Origin: a virus
Taxonomy: Duplodnaviria > Heunggongvirae > Uroviricota > Caudoviricetes
Reading direction: 5' to 3' (one strand)
Virus record (IMG/VR): IMGVR_UViG_2563366805_000003
Length of the DNA: 29,513 nucleotides
Positions 27,971-29,513 of this stretch are shown one piece after another (position 1 is the first letter of the stretch; every line of letters begins with the position of its first letter). Under the pieces are notes generated by a model, which worked only from the letters and a program-made list of their open reading frames with translations, was not told the origin of the DNA and did no database searches. A program made the translations under genes and the position numbers.

Positions 27971-28192
27971 TCAGTTCAGGGTGATGCTCATCAGGCAGGT
28001 ATAGGGCCCATTGCGGTCCTGGCGGCGTTCGGCGTATACCGCGAGGACTCCGGCGATATCCGGAACGTCCCTGCCGGTGTAATGACAGACGCTACCGTGC
28101 CACTGGTATTTGCCGGTGCAGTAGCGAAAGATTCGGGACTCAGGATGCTGGCGGTATATCGTCATTGCCCTGCGTTTACTGATAATTTTCAT
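27971..28192 (-). CDS. ykfH: DUF987-family protein (YkfH/YeeT-like)
   Basis: MKIISKRRAMTIYRQHPESRIFRYCTGKYQWHGSVCHYTGRDVPDIAGVLAVYAERRQDRNGPYTCLMSITLN. Confidence 0.8.
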   Translation of the reverse strand: MKIISKRRAMTIYRQHPESRIFRYCTGKYQWHGSVCHYTGRDVPDIAGVLAVYAERRQDRNGPYTCLMSITLN

Positions 28193-28200
28193 GTAATACC

Positions 28201-28677
28201 TCAAAGCAGACCGTGTTCTGCGAACGAATAGATTTGCCTGCCACCGACAATCAGGTGGTCAGGGACGCGGATATCCACCAGCTGAAGCACCTGAACCAGT
28301 CGCTGCGTGAGGGTTTTGTCGGCCTGGCTAGGTGTCGTCTCGCCGGAAGGATGGTTATGCGCGAGTATCACCGCCGCCGCGTTGAAGTGCAGAGCACGTT
28401 TGACCACCTCCCGGGGATGCACCTCGGTGCGGTTAATCGTGCCGGTGAAGAGCGTTTCATGGGCAATCAACTGATTCTGGTTGTCCAGATACAACACCCG
28501 GAACTCTTCCCGCTCAAGCGCGGCCATATGCAGTCGCAGCCATTCACGTACGGCGTGGGTAGAGGTGAAGGCTACGCCGGGCTCATGCAGGTGGCGGTCC
28601 AGAGCCCTGAGCGCCCGCTGAATGAGACGCCGGTCCTGTGGCGTCATCTCGCCGGGTAAAAAGGAAAGCTGTTTCAT
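28201..28677 (-). CDS. ykfG: RadC-like JAB/MPN domain protein (YkfG/YeeS/YfjY family)
   Basis: JAMM motif HNHPSGETTPSQAD inside a 158-aa RadC-like protein. Confidence 0.85.
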   Translation of the reverse strand: MKQLSFLPGEMTPQDRRLIQRALRALDRHLHEPGVAFTSTHAVREWLRLHMAALEREEFRVLYLDNQNQLIAHETLFTGTINRTEVHPREVVKRALHFNAAAVILAHNHPSGETTPSQADKTLTQRLVQVLQLVDIRVPDHLIVGGRQIYSFAEHGLL

Positions 28678-28692
28678 CTGTTGCTCCTTCGG

Positions 28693-29151
28693 TCAGTCGA
28701 TAATACGCAGAATGGCGTGAGCCTCTGGATGTTGCATGGCATACTCCCGCAGGCGGTAATAGTGTGCGGTCATCGCGTCACATTCTGTACGGCAGGCATG
28801 GTGGCTATACGCAATCAGGCAGACAGCAATACCTGCTGCTTCTGCACTCATTTGGGCATCGTTACCGTTCAGGCAGTTAAACAGACGCCATGTCTCATCG
28901 TTGTCAGGCTCGGGGGACATAAATGCGCCGCCATTGCTGAGGGTGTAGAACGACCAGATACCACCGCTGTAGCCCTCACAGAAGCGGTCCATCCAGGCGA
29001 AGATATGCGGCTCCAGGAGTAGCCACTGCGGGATAGCGCCAAAGTACTGTGGCCAGAAATCGATACGCTGTTCATCGGGTACCTGCGTGACGGTCAGTTC
29101 AAATTCGGGTTGGTTAGCGGGTGCGAGATCGTGCTGCGTCTGTGTTGTCAT
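28693..29151 (-). CDS. yafX: antirestriction protein (KlcA/ArdB-like; YafX/YfjX family)
   Basis: MTTQTQHDLAPANQPEFELTVTQVPDEQRIDFWPQYFG...FYTLSNGGAFMSPEP...LREYAMQHPEA. Start at the internal Met of ORF 28693-29364. Confidence 0.8.
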   Translation of the reverse strand: MTTQTQHDLAPANQPEFELTVTQVPDEQRIDFWPQYFGAIPQWLLLEPHIFAWMDRFCEGYSGGIWSFYTLSNGGAFMSPEPDNDETWRLFNCLNGNDAQMSAEAAGIAVCLIAYSHHACRTECDAMTAHYYRLREYAMQHPEAHAILRIID

Positions 29152-29248
29152 GGGTATGTCTCCGTCAATAAAAACGCCAGCGGCGATGGCTGGCGTATGG
29201 GGATATAAAGTGTGTTCGGGGAGGTGAATGCGGGTAAATGCTTCGCGA

Positions 29249-29488
29249 TCAGCGGGTGGCCGTGTCTGTACGGATGCCTGAGGTGCGGATATAGCGGTTA
29301 AGACCTTCACCGGCATCCGGCTCAAAGTTCCATGCCCGCCAGACCATCCGGCCTTCAGTATCACGAACCACCAGACGGAAGTGACTGCCCTGGTCGTCTT
29401 CGAGTGTGATATTGCTGTACGTGGTAGTGACCGCTTGCGCTTGTCTCCGGGTGAAAGGCCCCGGTGGCAGCAACACGGATTGGGTCAT
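29249..29488 (-). CDS. ykfF: DUF905-family protein (YkfF-like)
   Basis: 79-aa [79 protein letters not shown]. Confidence 0.75.
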   Translation of the reverse strand: MTQSVLLPPGPFTRRQAQAVTTTYSNITLEDDQGSHFRLVVRDTEGRMVWRAWNFEPDAGEGLNRYIRTSGIRTDTATR

Positions 29489-29513
29489 TTTCGGGCTCCT
29501 GATAAAAGAAAAC

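Overview
This window is mosaic accessory DNA of enterobacterial type, built from at least three horizontally acquired segments joined around a tRNA-Thr attachment-site remnant. All calls rest on reading the sequence and recalled family motifs; no database search was run. (1) Left arm, 1-5941: an IS3-family orfA fragment sits next to a hix/gix-like crossover site and an intact Pin-type DNA invertase gene. A GIY-YIG nuclease gene is split by a complete IS3 copy (1533-2790, 3-bp ACA target duplication). Two strongly AT-rich genes follow: a small secreted protein and a 488-aa protein with an Mrr-like nuclease motif at its N-terminus. (2) 5942-5987 is the 3' 46 nt of a tRNA-Thr gene, ending in CCA, with no 5' half. 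(3) About 6100-26820 is a P4/PICI-like integrative element: P4-type integrase, AlpA-like regulator, AntA-like protein, a run of tightly overlapping small genes, and a 919-aa primase-helicase followed directly by TGAACCAAC iterons. A second, inverted iteron cluster lies 9.4 kb away. Between the two clusters are a podovirus-like ejection-protein cassette (largest member has an SLT lytic transglycosylase domain), a lipoprotein, an 830-bp repeat-rich non-coding block, and a two-gene operon on the minus strand. (4) 27273-29513 is a CP4-type module (DUF905, antirestriction, RadC-like, DUF987, CbeA antitoxin, CbtA toxin). The best candidates for an undescribed system are the two-gene operon at 22872-24407 (RexAB-like architecture) and the AT-rich Mrr-like gene at 4082-5548.
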